This document shows positions 38,133-47,082 of a DNA stretch of 64,000 bases, in pieces. A program made the translations under genes and the position numbers. The stretch spans positions 1-64,000 of IMG/VR virus record IMGVR_UViG_3300035454_000688. One strand, 5' to 3'. How positions within the stretch are numbered: the stretch's first letter is position 1; each line of letters starts with the position of its first letter. The notes under the pieces were generated by a model, which saw only the letters and a list, made by a program, of their open reading frames with translations, was not told the DNA's origin and searched no databases. The stretch is from a virus (Duplodnaviria; Caudoviricetes).

Positions 38133-38939
38133 TTAAGATATGTTTACAACAACGCCATTGAGCACTTCAACGACCTTGCCTGTAGGTGTTGTGAATGTTC
38201 CCGATACACCAACTGCAGAAGAGATAGCGCCCTTGACCATTAAACTACCTTCTGTGATAGTAACGCCACCAGGAGCTCCCATCTTGATGCCTTTGCGAGC
38301 TGCAATAGTCACATTGTTTTCAGAAACAATATCAACATCGCCCTTGGCATAGACTGTCTTCACTCCACCAACAACATCAATAGAATCAGATGGAGCCTTA
38401 ATGACCATACGACCATCATTATTTATTTCAATATATGCACCAGAGCTGTGATAGATATTGATGCGGGCGTTCTCAGGAGTGTCATCCAACTCAATGACAT
38501 GACCACCCTTAGTAGTGATCGTTCTGTTATATGGATACTGAGCGGCGTATGCAGAGGCTGGTTCTGGTCCTAGTATATCTCTTGAGATTGTGTTCTTGCC
38601 TCTATGGAGCCAGGAAAGAGAGTGTCTATTATTATCATTACCAGGAATAGTAGGAAAGGATCCTAGGATCATTGGCATCTGCTTCTCGTTGCCATCCATA
38701 TAAAAGCCAACGACACGAGATCCAACAGCAAGGTTAGGAGTATCCCCTACTCCATCAACACAAGCAGAACTTGAAGGCATCATGACATGAGCCCAATCCA
38801 TGTCTCCTGTCTCTACACCCTCATCATGTTCGTTTATGATACGAACCTTGGCTCGACCAAGTAGCATAGGATCCTGAATATCTTCGACCACACCGAGCCA
38901 CCAGCGGAAGCCTTCTTCGCCCATTTGTTGCGTAGTCAT
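38133..38939 (-). CDS. gp5: baseplate spike gp5 (OB-fold N-terminus, no lysozyme domain)
   Basis: FRWWLGVVEDIQDP..LGRAKVRI; GSRVVGFYMDG..QMPMILG; YPYNRTITTKGGHVIELDDTP. Confidence 0.88.
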   Translation of the reverse strand: MTTQQMGEEGFRWWLGVVEDIQDPMLLGRAKVRIINEHDEGVETGDMDWAHVMMPSSSACVDGVGDTPNLAVGSRVVGFYMDGNEKQMPMILGSFPTIPGNDNNRHSLSWLHRGKNTISRDILGPEPASAYAAQYPYNRTITTKGGHVIELDDTPENARINIYHSSGAYIEINNDGRMVIKAPSDSIDVVGGVKTVYAKGDVDIVSENNVTIAARKGIKMGAPGGVTITEGSLMVKGAISSAVGVSGTFTTPTGKVVEVLNGVVVNIS

Positions 38940-40303
38940 GATGTAACCTCTTGCAGATCTGTTTTAATTAATTCGAGCGCCTGAGTATATTGGGGACGGT
39001 CGCTATTCAATACAATATGTCTTACCTTGGCAACCAGATAGTTACCACTGTCTAGTCTTGATTCACCAGCAGTATCCTTTGCATCCGAACCAGCGGGGAA
39101 TCTACATTCAATCATGTCTCCGATATTAATTGTAGAGTCACCATAGATATGGATCTGTACAATATTCTGAGAGAGCTTCTGTGCAAATGCTCTTACCTTA
39201 GACAGCTTCCCTGCCATATCAACTTCGGGCTTGTCCGATCTCATGGGGAAGATCTTGGCGACAGTTGTTGTTCTACCATGGTTTGAGGTGAATGAGGTCG
39301 TCTTTGAAGACGCACCAGTAGATGAAGAAGACTTAAATTTGTCTGCACCTTCGTTATCTGTATACGTAACCTTTGTGACATCGCCAGTAATCAGATCGAA
39401 TTGTTGAACCTGATTGTTTAGTCCACCAGCTTTAATCTGAGAAATAGTATCAGCGAACTGCATTTGATTGTATGCGAGGATATTTCTTGTGGTGACATTC
39501 TTTGCATCATCCTTCCTCGACGCATCAAAGAAGAAGATTTTATCAGAGTTACCTGCCTCAATAGTCTTCGCTCCCTCTTCCATTAACTGTTCGATAGTAA
39601 CGAAATGGAATCCTTTTCTATTTTCATAAAAACAGAACGAAGAAGATTCGTATCTACTAGATACAGCTCTCTGTCTAATAAAGTCAATTGCCTGTAGTGG
39701 TGCATATCTAGTTATTAATACATCCAGGATCCCACTAGTGGGAGCAATATTAATAGGCTTCTGAGAAGGAAGAAACTCCTCGAATACTCTCTTGATAATA
39801 TTATCTGCTGTGTCGCTATCTTTTACGTTGACTAATTGCTTAGAGTTGTGTATAAGCTCTGCAGAGACACATTGTAATGTATAGGTAATTTTATTAGTCG
39901 ACTCAGCAACTTTCTTATCCTTGACACTGTTGACACGGAATAGGAACGTTGCAGGCTCTCCCTTTAACTTAGGAGTGCTGAATTGCAGCTTGATATATTC
40001 TTCCCCGATGATAGGGAAAGACTGAAGCAGACCCATGCTATCAGAGATAACGATCTCTGCAAACATTACCGGGGACATAATACTTTCGTATACATCGAAC
40101 CCTACACATTGCTTCATTAGAGAATAAACACGATCTTGGTTCTCTGACATCAGAACAATATCAGTCAGCGTGACATCCCCTGGCTGATAATCTGAAGGGG
40201 TTTTGGCGTTCGCTCCGTCCAGGAACGCACCCGCCACTGCCGAAGCTATTGCTCCGAACAGAGATTTCTCTACACTTTCAAAGAGGTTTTTAATTAAGCT
40301 CAT
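38936..40303 (-). CDS. baseplate hub / tail protein (gp27-like position)
   Basis: YESIMSPVMFAEI, FYENRKGFHFVTIEQL, IYGDSTINIGDMI, SGNYLVAKVRH. Confidence 0.7.
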   Translation of the reverse strand: MSLIKNLFESVEKSLFGAIASAVAGAFLDGANAKTPSDYQPGDVTLTDIVLMSENQDRVYSLMKQCVGFDVYESIMSPVMFAEIVISDSMGLLQSFPIIGEEYIKLQFSTPKLKGEPATFLFRVNSVKDKKVAESTNKITYTLQCVSAELIHNSKQLVNVKDSDTADNIIKRVFEEFLPSQKPINIAPTSGILDVLITRYAPLQAIDFIRQRAVSSRYESSSFCFYENRKGFHFVTIEQLMEEGAKTIEAGNSDKIFFFDASRKDDAKNVTTRNILAYNQMQFADTISQIKAGGLNNQVQQFDLITGDVTKVTYTDNEGADKFKSSSSTGASSKTTSFTSNHGRTTTVAKIFPMRSDKPEVDMAGKLSKVRAFAQKLSQNIVQIHIYGDSTINIGDMIECRFPAGSDAKDTAGESRLDSGNYLVAKVRHIVLNSDRPQYTQALELIKTDLQEVTS

Positions 40304-41145
40304 CTAGTACTCATAGTTCTCTTGAGGTCATTAACTGCCTGAGAAGTATATCTAACATCAAGTAATTTAATGACCTTCTTGGCTTCATTAAGGTCTTGTT
40401 CGTATTCTAGAAACGTTACAGGAGACCAGAATGGAGCGTCCACAGCAGATATTGGTTGTGGTTCAAAAGTATATACCGAATCAACTGTTGCGGTTGCTCC
40501 GGACTCTCGACCGGTAATAGAAGTAGCAATTGTTCCCGTCACGTGTTGAATAGTAAGGCTCGTATCGCCAACATATGTAACAAATGCATAGTTAGTGCCG
40601 TTGGTCTGAACTTCTTCACCAACCTTAAATGTTCCTGCGACTGAAGAGATAGCGACCGACTGCATTTTGTTGGTAGCTATCAGATCATCATGTCTCTTAC
40701 GGACATACTTTGCAACATTCAGTACATTATCGAGTACTGGTTCATAATACTTTTGTGTGCCATTAGCAAGAGAATTAAACTGAGAAGGTGTAATTGAAAC
40801 ATCCGTATAATCATACCAGTTGTTTCTGTAGACCTTAATCTTGCGAGCAGCAAGATCGTACGACCCATACTTAGCAGTAATATGATCAATAAAGTCATCT
40901 TGGTTCAATGTCACATCGAAGTATGGATCGACGATGTCATTTGCAAGCCAGATCAACCATGTGTAGCCAGGGTTCTCATAATAGAGGTTTGAAAGAGTAT
41001 CAATTCTATCCTCTGCATCCATTGTATATGGATAGAAGGCAGTTTTATTACGCTTGACGCTATCAGAGAGACGAGACCTTGACATAAGGTTCTTGACCAG
41101 ATTATTTGCGTATGTGATTGTGGGTATCTTGTCGAAGTAGTTCAT
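40300..41145 (-). CDS. gp53: baseplate wedge protein gp53
   Basis: MNYFDKIPTITY; RIDTLSNLYY...WLIWLANDIVDPY; YEQDLNEAKKVIKLL. Confidence 0.85.
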   Translation of the reverse strand: MNYFDKIPTITYANNLVKNLMSRSRLSDSVKRNKTAFYPYTMDAEDRIDTLSNLYYENPGYTWLIWLANDIVDPYFDVTLNQDDFIDHITAKYGSYDLAARKIKVYRNNWYDYTDVSITPSQFNSLANGTQKYYEPVLDNVLNVAKYVRKRHDDLIATNKMQSVAISSVAGTFKVGEEVQTNGTNYAFVTYVGDTSLTIQHVTGTIATSITGRESGATATVDSVYTFEPQPISAVDAPFWSPVTFLEYEQDLNEAKKVIKLLDVRYTSQAVNDLKRTMSTR

Positions 41146-42107
41146 GTGTCGCTTGCTCCATCTGTAGAGCTACTGTCGCTCGATCCACCGGTGAGTCCTG
41201 TCTGAACATTTTCAATAAGGCCTCCGACGAATTCGGTCCCCTTGGCCCAAAGGTCGACAGATCCACCCCCATTCTTTCCACCGAAGTCATTCGAAAGGAA
41301 GTATTCGATTTCCTTGAAGTTAATTGAAAGCTGAACAACTACAGGCTCGTTATTGAAGCCGGAGAAGAACGCCGGCGCGCTTCCTGCTGTATAATTAACG
41401 TTGACAGAAGACATGAATGCGCGCTTCATTCTAATGATTGAGTTTTCGCTCCATCCGAAGTCACCGCCACCGCCATTGTCCCAAGGATAGAAGTTCACTT
41501 GGCAGAGATATGGATAGTTAAGAATGGCTGCAGAGTCCGTCACCTGATTGCCGGGGAGAGCTCTCATCTTTAGATGGTTAATGAGACTACGAATCTTTCT
41601 ACTGTCTGATTCGTTGGTAGGAAGCAGCGTCCACGTAAGGCTCATTTCTCTGAGCTGTGGACCCTGGAAGGCGATTGCAGGGTTGGGGTTAGGTGCAACG
41701 CCCATTGTTTGCTGAATAGCAGATGCAAAAGAATCAGCGTTCTCTGAGACAACACTTCCAGCAACGCTGGCAAGCATACCAACACCGAAGCTAGTTGCTG
41801 TGCCACCCGCTTCTGAAAGACTTGCTCCTAGCGCTTGAGGAACGGCTGCAGCAGAGCGAAGCCCCTGAGCCATTAGACCGGATCCTATATCATCATTTAG
41901 CACATCCCCAACCAGCTTCATGTCGATATTATTATATGCAACAGCAGTATCATCTCTCAATTCTGCAGGAAGTGGAAGACGGATGATCTTGTCTAGTACG
42001 AATTGGGGTTCGTCGAAAGGCTCGGGTCTGCTATACTCCATAAGACTGAGCGTGCAGTAGTACTTTGCAGTATCGAGAATTCCATATGCTTGGAGTGTTT
42101 CTGACAT
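41142..42107 (-). CDS. gp48: baseplate tail tube cap gp48
   Basis: IRLPLP; NPNPAIAFQGPQLREMSLTW; LSINFKEIE. Confidence 0.78.
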   Translation of the reverse strand: MSETLQAYGILDTAKYYCTLSLMEYSRPEPFDEPQFVLDKIIRLPLPAELRDDTAVAYNNIDMKLVGDVLNDDIGSGLMAQGLRSAAAVPQALGASLSEAGGTATSFGVGMLASVAGSVVSENADSFASAIQQTMGVAPNPNPAIAFQGPQLREMSLTWTLLPTNESDSRKIRSLINHLKMRALPGNQVTDSAAILNYPYLCQVNFYPWDNGGGGDFGWSENSIIRMKRAFMSSVNVNYTAGSAPAFFSGFNNEPVVVQLSINFKEIEYFLSNDFGGKNGGGSVDLWAKGTEFVGGLIENVQTGLTGGSSDSSSTDGASDT

Positions 42108-42502
42108 TAGATTATAGCATCCAGAATCATGCTAGCGTTTCTTTTCTTAGCAGCAATCTTGGTTGATGGGTTAATATCTGTCAGATACGTATCGACGTTC
42201 TCCAGACCTCTTCTTCTCAGCTTCTTGAGGTCAGCACCAGCTACACGAGCAGGATCCTTACCGGCAAGAGCATAGAACATATCCGAGCCCTGGTTCACAA
42301 TAGAGTCTGTCTTTTGTGAGGAGAATGCAGAGATCGAATCGAATGACGCGCCCACGTTAAAAAGCGACTGAGCTGTAGATGAGGCAGAAGAAAGCAAACT
42401 TATTGGTAGCTTTGATGTAGCTTTAGATACGATATTATCTAGTAATTTGCCTTCTACCGACTTTGCCGCCGACTTTACAAAACTGTTGACGTTAAAAGCC
42501 AT
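42107..42502 (-). CDS. hypothetical protein
   Basis: start refined to MAFNVNS (42502), downstream of the promoter region. Confidence 0.6.
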   Translation of the reverse strand: MAFNVNSFVKSAAKSVEGKLLDNIVSKATSKLPISLLSSASSTAQSLFNVGASFDSISAFSSQKTDSIVNQGSDMFYALAGKDPARVAGADLKKLRRRGLENVDTYLTDINPSTKIAAKKRNASMILDAII

Positions 42503-42522
42503 TCTGGTGTTCCTGTTTTTGT

Positions 42523-42538
42523 TATAAATATATTTATG
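42523..42538. promoter_or_regulatory. divergent late promoters
   Basis: TATAAATA on plus at 42523-42530; CATAAATA on minus at 42538-42531. Confidence 0.6.
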
Positions 42539-42991
42539 GCGCATAAAGGTACGTTCAGAGCTCAGAACCCTAAAAAGTACAAGGGGGACGCCTCAAAGAT
42601 TATTTATAGGAGTTCGTGGGAGCTCAGGCTCATGATGCATCTGGATGCACATCCAGATGTTATAGAATGGTCCTCGGAGGAAGTGGTTATACCATATGTT
42701 TCTCCGATCGATCGCAAGCGTCATAGATACTTTGTTGATTTCTTCGTGAAGAAAAAAGGAAGAGATGGTAAGCACGAAAGTGTGCTTATCGAGGTCAAGC
42801 CAAAGGCACAGACCACTCCTCCTGATGTGAAACTTACTCTGAAAGGCCAGAAGCCTACTCGGAGATATATTAACGAAGTGATGACGTGGGGAGTCAACTC
42901 AGCAAAGTGGGCTGCCGCAGAAGATTATTGTAAAGACAGAGGCTGGAAGTTTATTATTATGACCGAGCACGAGTTAGGGATCAAGTTTTAG
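42536..42991 (+). CDS. gp4: head completion protein gp4 (TnsA-like endonuclease fold)
   Basis: NPKKYKGD..IIYRSSWE; WSSEEVVIPY; HRYFVDF; NSAKWAAA...GWKFIIMTE. Confidence 0.9.
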   Translation: MAHKGTFRAQNPKKYKGDASKIIYRSSWELRLMMHLDAHPDVIEWSSEEVVIPYVSPIDRKRHRYFVDFFVKKKGRDGKHESVLIEVKPKAQTTPPDVKLTLKGQKPTRRYINEVMTWGVNSAKWAAAEDYCKDRGWKFIIMTEHELGIKF

Positions 42992-43587
42992 TGGCAACTA
43001 TTTTCGATAATATCATCACCCAGGGTGTTCGCGCAGGACAGATACCAGCGCGTACCGATCAGGCTCGTTCGTGGTATAGAGATACCGCAAAGCAGTTTGG
43101 CAGGAACATAAACGAGAAGTCTCTTCTGAACAAGGACAAGACTCGTCTCGTCAGTCAGATCAAGCCTGGCAATATGTACATGTTTATGTATGATCCAAAG
43201 TTCAAAGACACTCTTCCCTACTATGACCGCTTTCCTCTGATCTTTCCATTCAGAGTCGAGGGCGACAGGTTCTGGGCTATCAACCTCCACTATCTGCCTC
43301 ATAGAATCAGAGCTCAGCTGATGGACAGCCTCTATGATCTGGTCAATAATCAGCGTTATGATGAGTCAACAAGAATTCAAGGCACATTTGAACTGCTAAA
43401 TAGAGCTGCAAGATCTAGGTGGATTAAACCATGCGTGAAGCAGTATCTGTTCTCACAAATGAACTCAAGGTTCATGTATGTTTATCCTTCTGAGTGGGAC
43501 ATCGCCTTGTTCTTGCCGCTAGAGAGATTCTCGAAGGCGACGAAGAGTCAAGTGTGGGCCGAATCAAAAATCTCGATGGGTAAGTAA
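42991..43587 (+). CDS. gp2: DNA end protector protein gp2
   Basis: PGNMYMFMYDPKFKDTLPYYDRFPLIF; INLHYLP; CVKQYL. Confidence 0.88.
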   Translation: MATIFDNIITQGVRAGQIPARTDQARSWYRDTAKQFGRNINEKSLLNKDKTRLVSQIKPGNMYMFMYDPKFKDTLPYYDRFPLIFPFRVEGDRFWAINLHYLPHRIRAQLMDSLYDLVNNQRYDESTRIQGTFELLNRAARSRWIKPCVKQYLFSQMNSRFMYVYPSEWDIALFLPLERFSKATKSQVWAESKISMGK

Positions 43588-44289
43588 ATGTTTCAGATTT
43601 CTAATTTCCAGGCAAGTCTAGATAAGAGTGGGGTAATGAGAACCAATAGGTTCATCGCCCACTTCAATCTTCCCGACTACCTAAGAGATAACAAAGAGCT
43701 TTATGGCTACGGAGATGCTCTTGTGTCTCTTAGATGCCAGGCAGCACAGATTCCAGGCATTACGTTAAACACTATCGATCAGCCAAGAATTGGTATTGGT
43801 CCCGTAGAAAACGTTGCTAGCAACCTTACCATCGACGACATCACTCTGACGTTCCTTGTAGATGCTCAATCAAAGATCCATAATCTGTTCTATGATTGGT
43901 TCAATACAATTGTGAACTTCCAGGGATCGAAGGGTCAGTCAGCACTCTATAAGTCCTACAACCTCGGCAGACAGACATCTGCAGCATATGAGGTGGGCTA
44001 TAAGGATCAGTACACCACAGACCTTCTAATCACTGTATACGATGGTGTGACTCCGTCCGGCACTTCTGCGAGTGGTCAAGCCACTCCTACTATTGCAGAA
44101 GGCAATGTTCCTATCATGAACATCAGAGCATTCAAGGCATTTCCAAAGACATTGCCTTCTATTGATATGGACTGGAATTCGAATGATGAATTGGTGAAGA
44201 TGTCTGTTCCCTTCTCTATTACTGACTTCGAAGTATCATATCCAGCTAATAAAACACAACCTTACCGTCAATCCCAAGACTTTTTATAA
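43588..44289 (+). CDS. gp54: tail tube initiator gp54 / gp19-like protein
   Basis: RTNRFIAHF; LRCQAAQIPG; ITLTFLVD; FYDWFN; FPK...DMDW. Confidence 0.7.
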   Translation: MFQISNFQASLDKSGVMRTNRFIAHFNLPDYLRDNKELYGYGDALVSLRCQAAQIPGITLNTIDQPRIGIGPVENVASNLTIDDITLTFLVDAQSKIHNLFYDWFNTIVNFQGSKGQSALYKSYNLGRQTSAAYEVGYKDQYTTDLLITVYDGVTPSGTSASGQATPTIAEGNVPIMNIRAFKAFPKTLPSIDMDWNSNDELVKMSVPFSITDFEVSYPANKTQPYRQSQDFL

Positions 44290-44312
44290 TTACTAGATAA
44301 TTGGAGTAAACA

Positions 44313-45023
44313 ATGGCACTACCTAAAATTGATAAACCCCTTTTTGATATTGAGGTTCCTTCGCAGGGAAAGAGTATCAAATGCCGTCCGTTTGTTGTTA
44401 AGGAAGAGAAGATTCTTCTGACAGCTCAACAGGCAGGACAAGAGAAAGACATTATCCTTGCTATCAAGCAGGTGCTAGTCAACTGTATTCAGGATCCTTC
44501 GTTTGATGTGAATACTCTGACCACATTCGATCTTGAGCACATGTTCTTGAAGCTGCGTGCAAGATCGGTTAATAACATCATCGAAGTGTCTTATCGTGAC
44601 AATGAAGATGATAAGGTATATGACTTTAAGATCGATCTCGATGAAGTAGAGATGATGAAAGCCAAGGAAGTCAACAACAAAATCATGGTTACCGACGATG
44701 TTGGTATCATCATGAAGTTTCCTTCGGTCACAATGCTCGAAGGTGTTCCAGGCGACATCACTTCCACAGATCTTGTAGACTACCTTGTGCGTTCGTGTAT
44801 CGAGCAGATTTTCGATGCAGACGAAGTATATCTTGCATCCGAGTCTACTGATGCAGAGCTCAACGAGTTCATCGATAGTCTAGACGTGGAGTCGTTCAAC
44901 AAGATTCGTGAGTTCTTTGACTCACTTCCTTCGTTATATCATAAGCTAGAATACACAAACTCATTGGGCAATACAAGATCTATTGAGCTCACAACGTTAA
45001 GTGATTTTTTTACCTGGGGCTGA
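44313..45023 (+). CDS. gp26: baseplate hub assembly protein gp26
   Basis: MALPKIDKP; RPFVVKEEKILL; FDLEHMFLKLRARSV; ends LSDFFTWG. Confidence 0.88.
   Translation: MALPKIDKPLFDIEVPSQGKSIKCRPFVVKEEKILLTAQQAGQEKDIILAIKQVLVNCIQDPSFDVNTLTTFDLEHMFLKLRARSVNNIIEVSYRDNEDDKVYDFKIDLDEVEMMKAKEVNNKIMVTDDVGIIMKFPSVTMLEGVPGDITSTDLVDYLVRSCIEQIFDADEVYLASESTDAELNEFIDSLDVESFNKIREFFDSLPSLYHKLEYTNSLGNTRSIELTTLSDFFTWG
45005..45011 (+). promoter_or_regulatory. candidate -1 ribosomal frameshift heptamer T TTT TTT
   Basis: seven Ts in X XXY YYZ register relative to gp26 codons; the -1 frame is closed immediately upstream by TGA at 45002-45004. Confidence 0.7.
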
Positions 45024-45193
45024 GTCACAATACACTAGCGAATTATTACACAACAATATTCGCTATGGCTCAGCATCATAACTATTCAGTCACTGAATTG
45101 GAAGATATGATGCCCTACGAGCGTGATCTGTATGTTGATATGTTACTGAGCTTCCTTGAAAAACAAAAACAAGAGATGGAAAAGAATAAGTAA
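45005..45193 (+). CDS. gp51: gp51-like hub assembly domain in the -1 frame of gp26 (predicted frameshift extension)
   Basis: frame open 45005-45190: FFYLGLSHNTLANYYTTIFAMAQHHNYSVTELEDMMPYERDLYVDMLLSFLEKQK; absent from ORF track; first ATG only at 45065. Confidence 0.75.
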   Translation, partial: FFYLGLSHNTLANYYTTIFAMAQHHNYSVTELEDMMPYERDLYVDMLLSFLEKQKQEMEKNK

Positions 45194-45195
45194 CA

Positions 45196-47082
45196 ATGGC
45201 CGGTCTAGGTAAATTCTTCTCTAAGACAAAGACGCGTTCTCTCGCGGCCAGTCGTGCTGGCTCTAAGGTAGGTAAAGATACCACCACAAGAGCCACTGCT
45301 ACCAAGCGCATGAAGAGAATGGAACGGAAGAAGTTTGGCCGTGCAATGGCTACCGGTGCAATGCGCCGTATGGGTCTCAACGTAAGAGGCATCTCCAATA
45401 ACGCAAAGTCCCCTATAGGAAGACTGCTCCAATCACCTGCAGCACGTGCTATGTCGATGGGAACATTCGACATCACTCTTCCACCAATGGATGATGGATC
45501 GCGTGCTAGCGGCGTTAATAACCCGTCTATCAGCACTCTCAACGGCCAATTGAGTAGCATTGCTCAAACTGCTGCAAGACTGGGTGCTATCACACAGGAA
45601 CAGCAAGAAGCGCTGATCCGTCAAGCAAAGACGGCAGAGACTCAAGCAGCTCAGACTCAGCTGGAAGAACCAGATGCAACTCCAATCAGCGCTCCTGGTG
45701 CTGGTGGTGGTATCGATCCTGGTGTGAGTGCTACAGAGAAGCTCCTAGAGTCGATTGCCAAGCTCAAGGCTATTGTAGATGACAAGGTCAGAGAGCAACA
45801 GCAAAATAGCTTCGGCAATGTCTTTATCGAGTCGCTACTTGACAACCTCGGTCTAGGTGGCGTCAAGGAAGCAAGAGCCAATAGACGTAAGAGACCTCAG
45901 GTAAAAGAAGGTTTCATGTCTCGCGAAGGCAAGACTGGAACAGAATTCTATACTCAGGACGAACGTGGTAGGATCAAAGCAGCCAAGGCGGAAGATGCTC
46001 TTACTAACTTCAGGACCGTAGAGAAGACCGATAGCTTTAGACTGAACAAAGCTGCTGAGGCTCGTCAGGCTGAGGCTGTGCTCGGGAAGAAGGCTACATT
46101 CAGTGGCTCGAGTACGACAAACAAGATTGCCACATCTATCGGTAAAGGTGCAAAGAAGGCTACTGGAGCGGTCGGAACAGCGGGAGCTGCAACAGGCAAA
46201 GCCTCAAAAGCTATCATTGAGAAGGTCGCAGGACCTCTTGTAAAGAGTGCTGTGGCCAAGACGGCAATCAAGTCTATTCCTCTTGTAGGAGCGGCTGCAG
46301 GCGGCCTATTCGCTATTGGGAAGCTGTTACAAGGCGATGTGGTAGGTGCTGGTCTCGAGGCTGCATCTGGCCTTGGAGGTCCTCTCACAGCTATTCCTGC
46401 AATGGTTGCATCTCTTGCTCGCGATACCTATATGGGTGTATTTGGTATGGCTCCTGAGTCGGATCCATTCTTTGCAACGAAGATGTCACTAGTTACCGGT
46501 GTTCTCACTGGCCTTGTGACTTCCGCTCTCGCTAGACTGACTGGCGGTAGTGGCGAACAGCCTGCGGCTCAAGATGCTACAAAGGCTCCTGAGATTCCAT
46601 CAGAAGCTCCAAAGATTGCTCCTGTTCAAGCCAAGAAAGAAACTGCCCCGCCCCCATCTTCTCTTTCGGATAGTGGAGGAAGTGTAGATGCAGCATCTTC
46701 GGCTCAGGCAGATGCGGGAGGTGGCACATCAACTGCTCCTGCTCCTTCGCCCGAGCCAGCAGGATCGAGTGGAGCTGCCGCGGGTGCGCAATCACCAGCG
46801 GAACAAGCTCCTATCACAGGCCTCACTCCGGGAAGCTCCAAGCCTGTAGAACAGCCAGGAACACAATCTGGCGCTGCTATTGCGGCTGCATCAAGTGACT
46901 CATCAGCCCCTGAGTCTGCTCAGGGAGGTGGTGGTCAATCCATGCCAAGACCTTCTAATTCGCCTACAACAAAGGGCAGAGCGAAGGGTATGGGCAACGT
47001 TCCTGAGCCAACATATCTTGGTATGGGCGACATTGTTAAGCAATTATACTTCGGTGCAGTTGCGGGAGCAATGGCAGCATGA
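45196..47082 (+). CDS. tape-measure-like / hub protein (gp29 position)
   Basis: low complexity, helical; KSIPLVGAAAGGLFAIGKLLQGDVVGAGLEAASG segment; follows gp26/gp51. Confidence 0.6.
   Translation: MAGLGKFFSKTKTRSLAASRAGSKVGKDTTTRATATKRMKRMERKKFGRAMATGAMRRMGLNVRGISNNAKSPIGRLLQSPAARAMSMGTFDITLPPMDDGSRASGVNNPSISTLNGQLSSIAQTAARLGAITQEQQEALIRQAKTAETQAAQTQLEEPDATPISAPGAGGGIDPGVSATEKLLESIAKLKAIVDDKVREQQQNSFGNVFIESLLDNLGLGGVKEARANRRKRPQVKEGFMSREGKTGTEFYTQDERGRIKAAKAEDALTNFRTVEKTDSFRLNKAAEARQAEAVLGKKATFSGSSTTNKIATSIGKGAKKATGAVGTAGAATGKASKAIIEKVAGPLVKSAVAKTAIKSIPLVGAAAGGLFAIGKLLQGDVVGAGLEAASGLGGPLTAIPAMVASLARDTYMGVFGMAPESDPFFATKMSLVTGVLTGLVTSALARLTGGSGEQPAAQDATKAPEIPSEAPKIAPVQAKKETAPPPSSLSDSGGSVDAASSAQADAGGGTSTAPAPSPEPAGSSGAAAGAQSPAEQAPITGLTPGSSKPVEQPGTQSGAAIAAASSDSSAPESAQGGGGQSMPRPSNSPTTKGRAKGMGNVPEPTYLGMGDIVKQLYFGAVAGAMAA

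Noticed and set aside
42536-42991. Tn7-like TnsA transposase
   Set aside because: Sequence and position next to gp2 match T4 head completion gp4; no other transposition genes or ends
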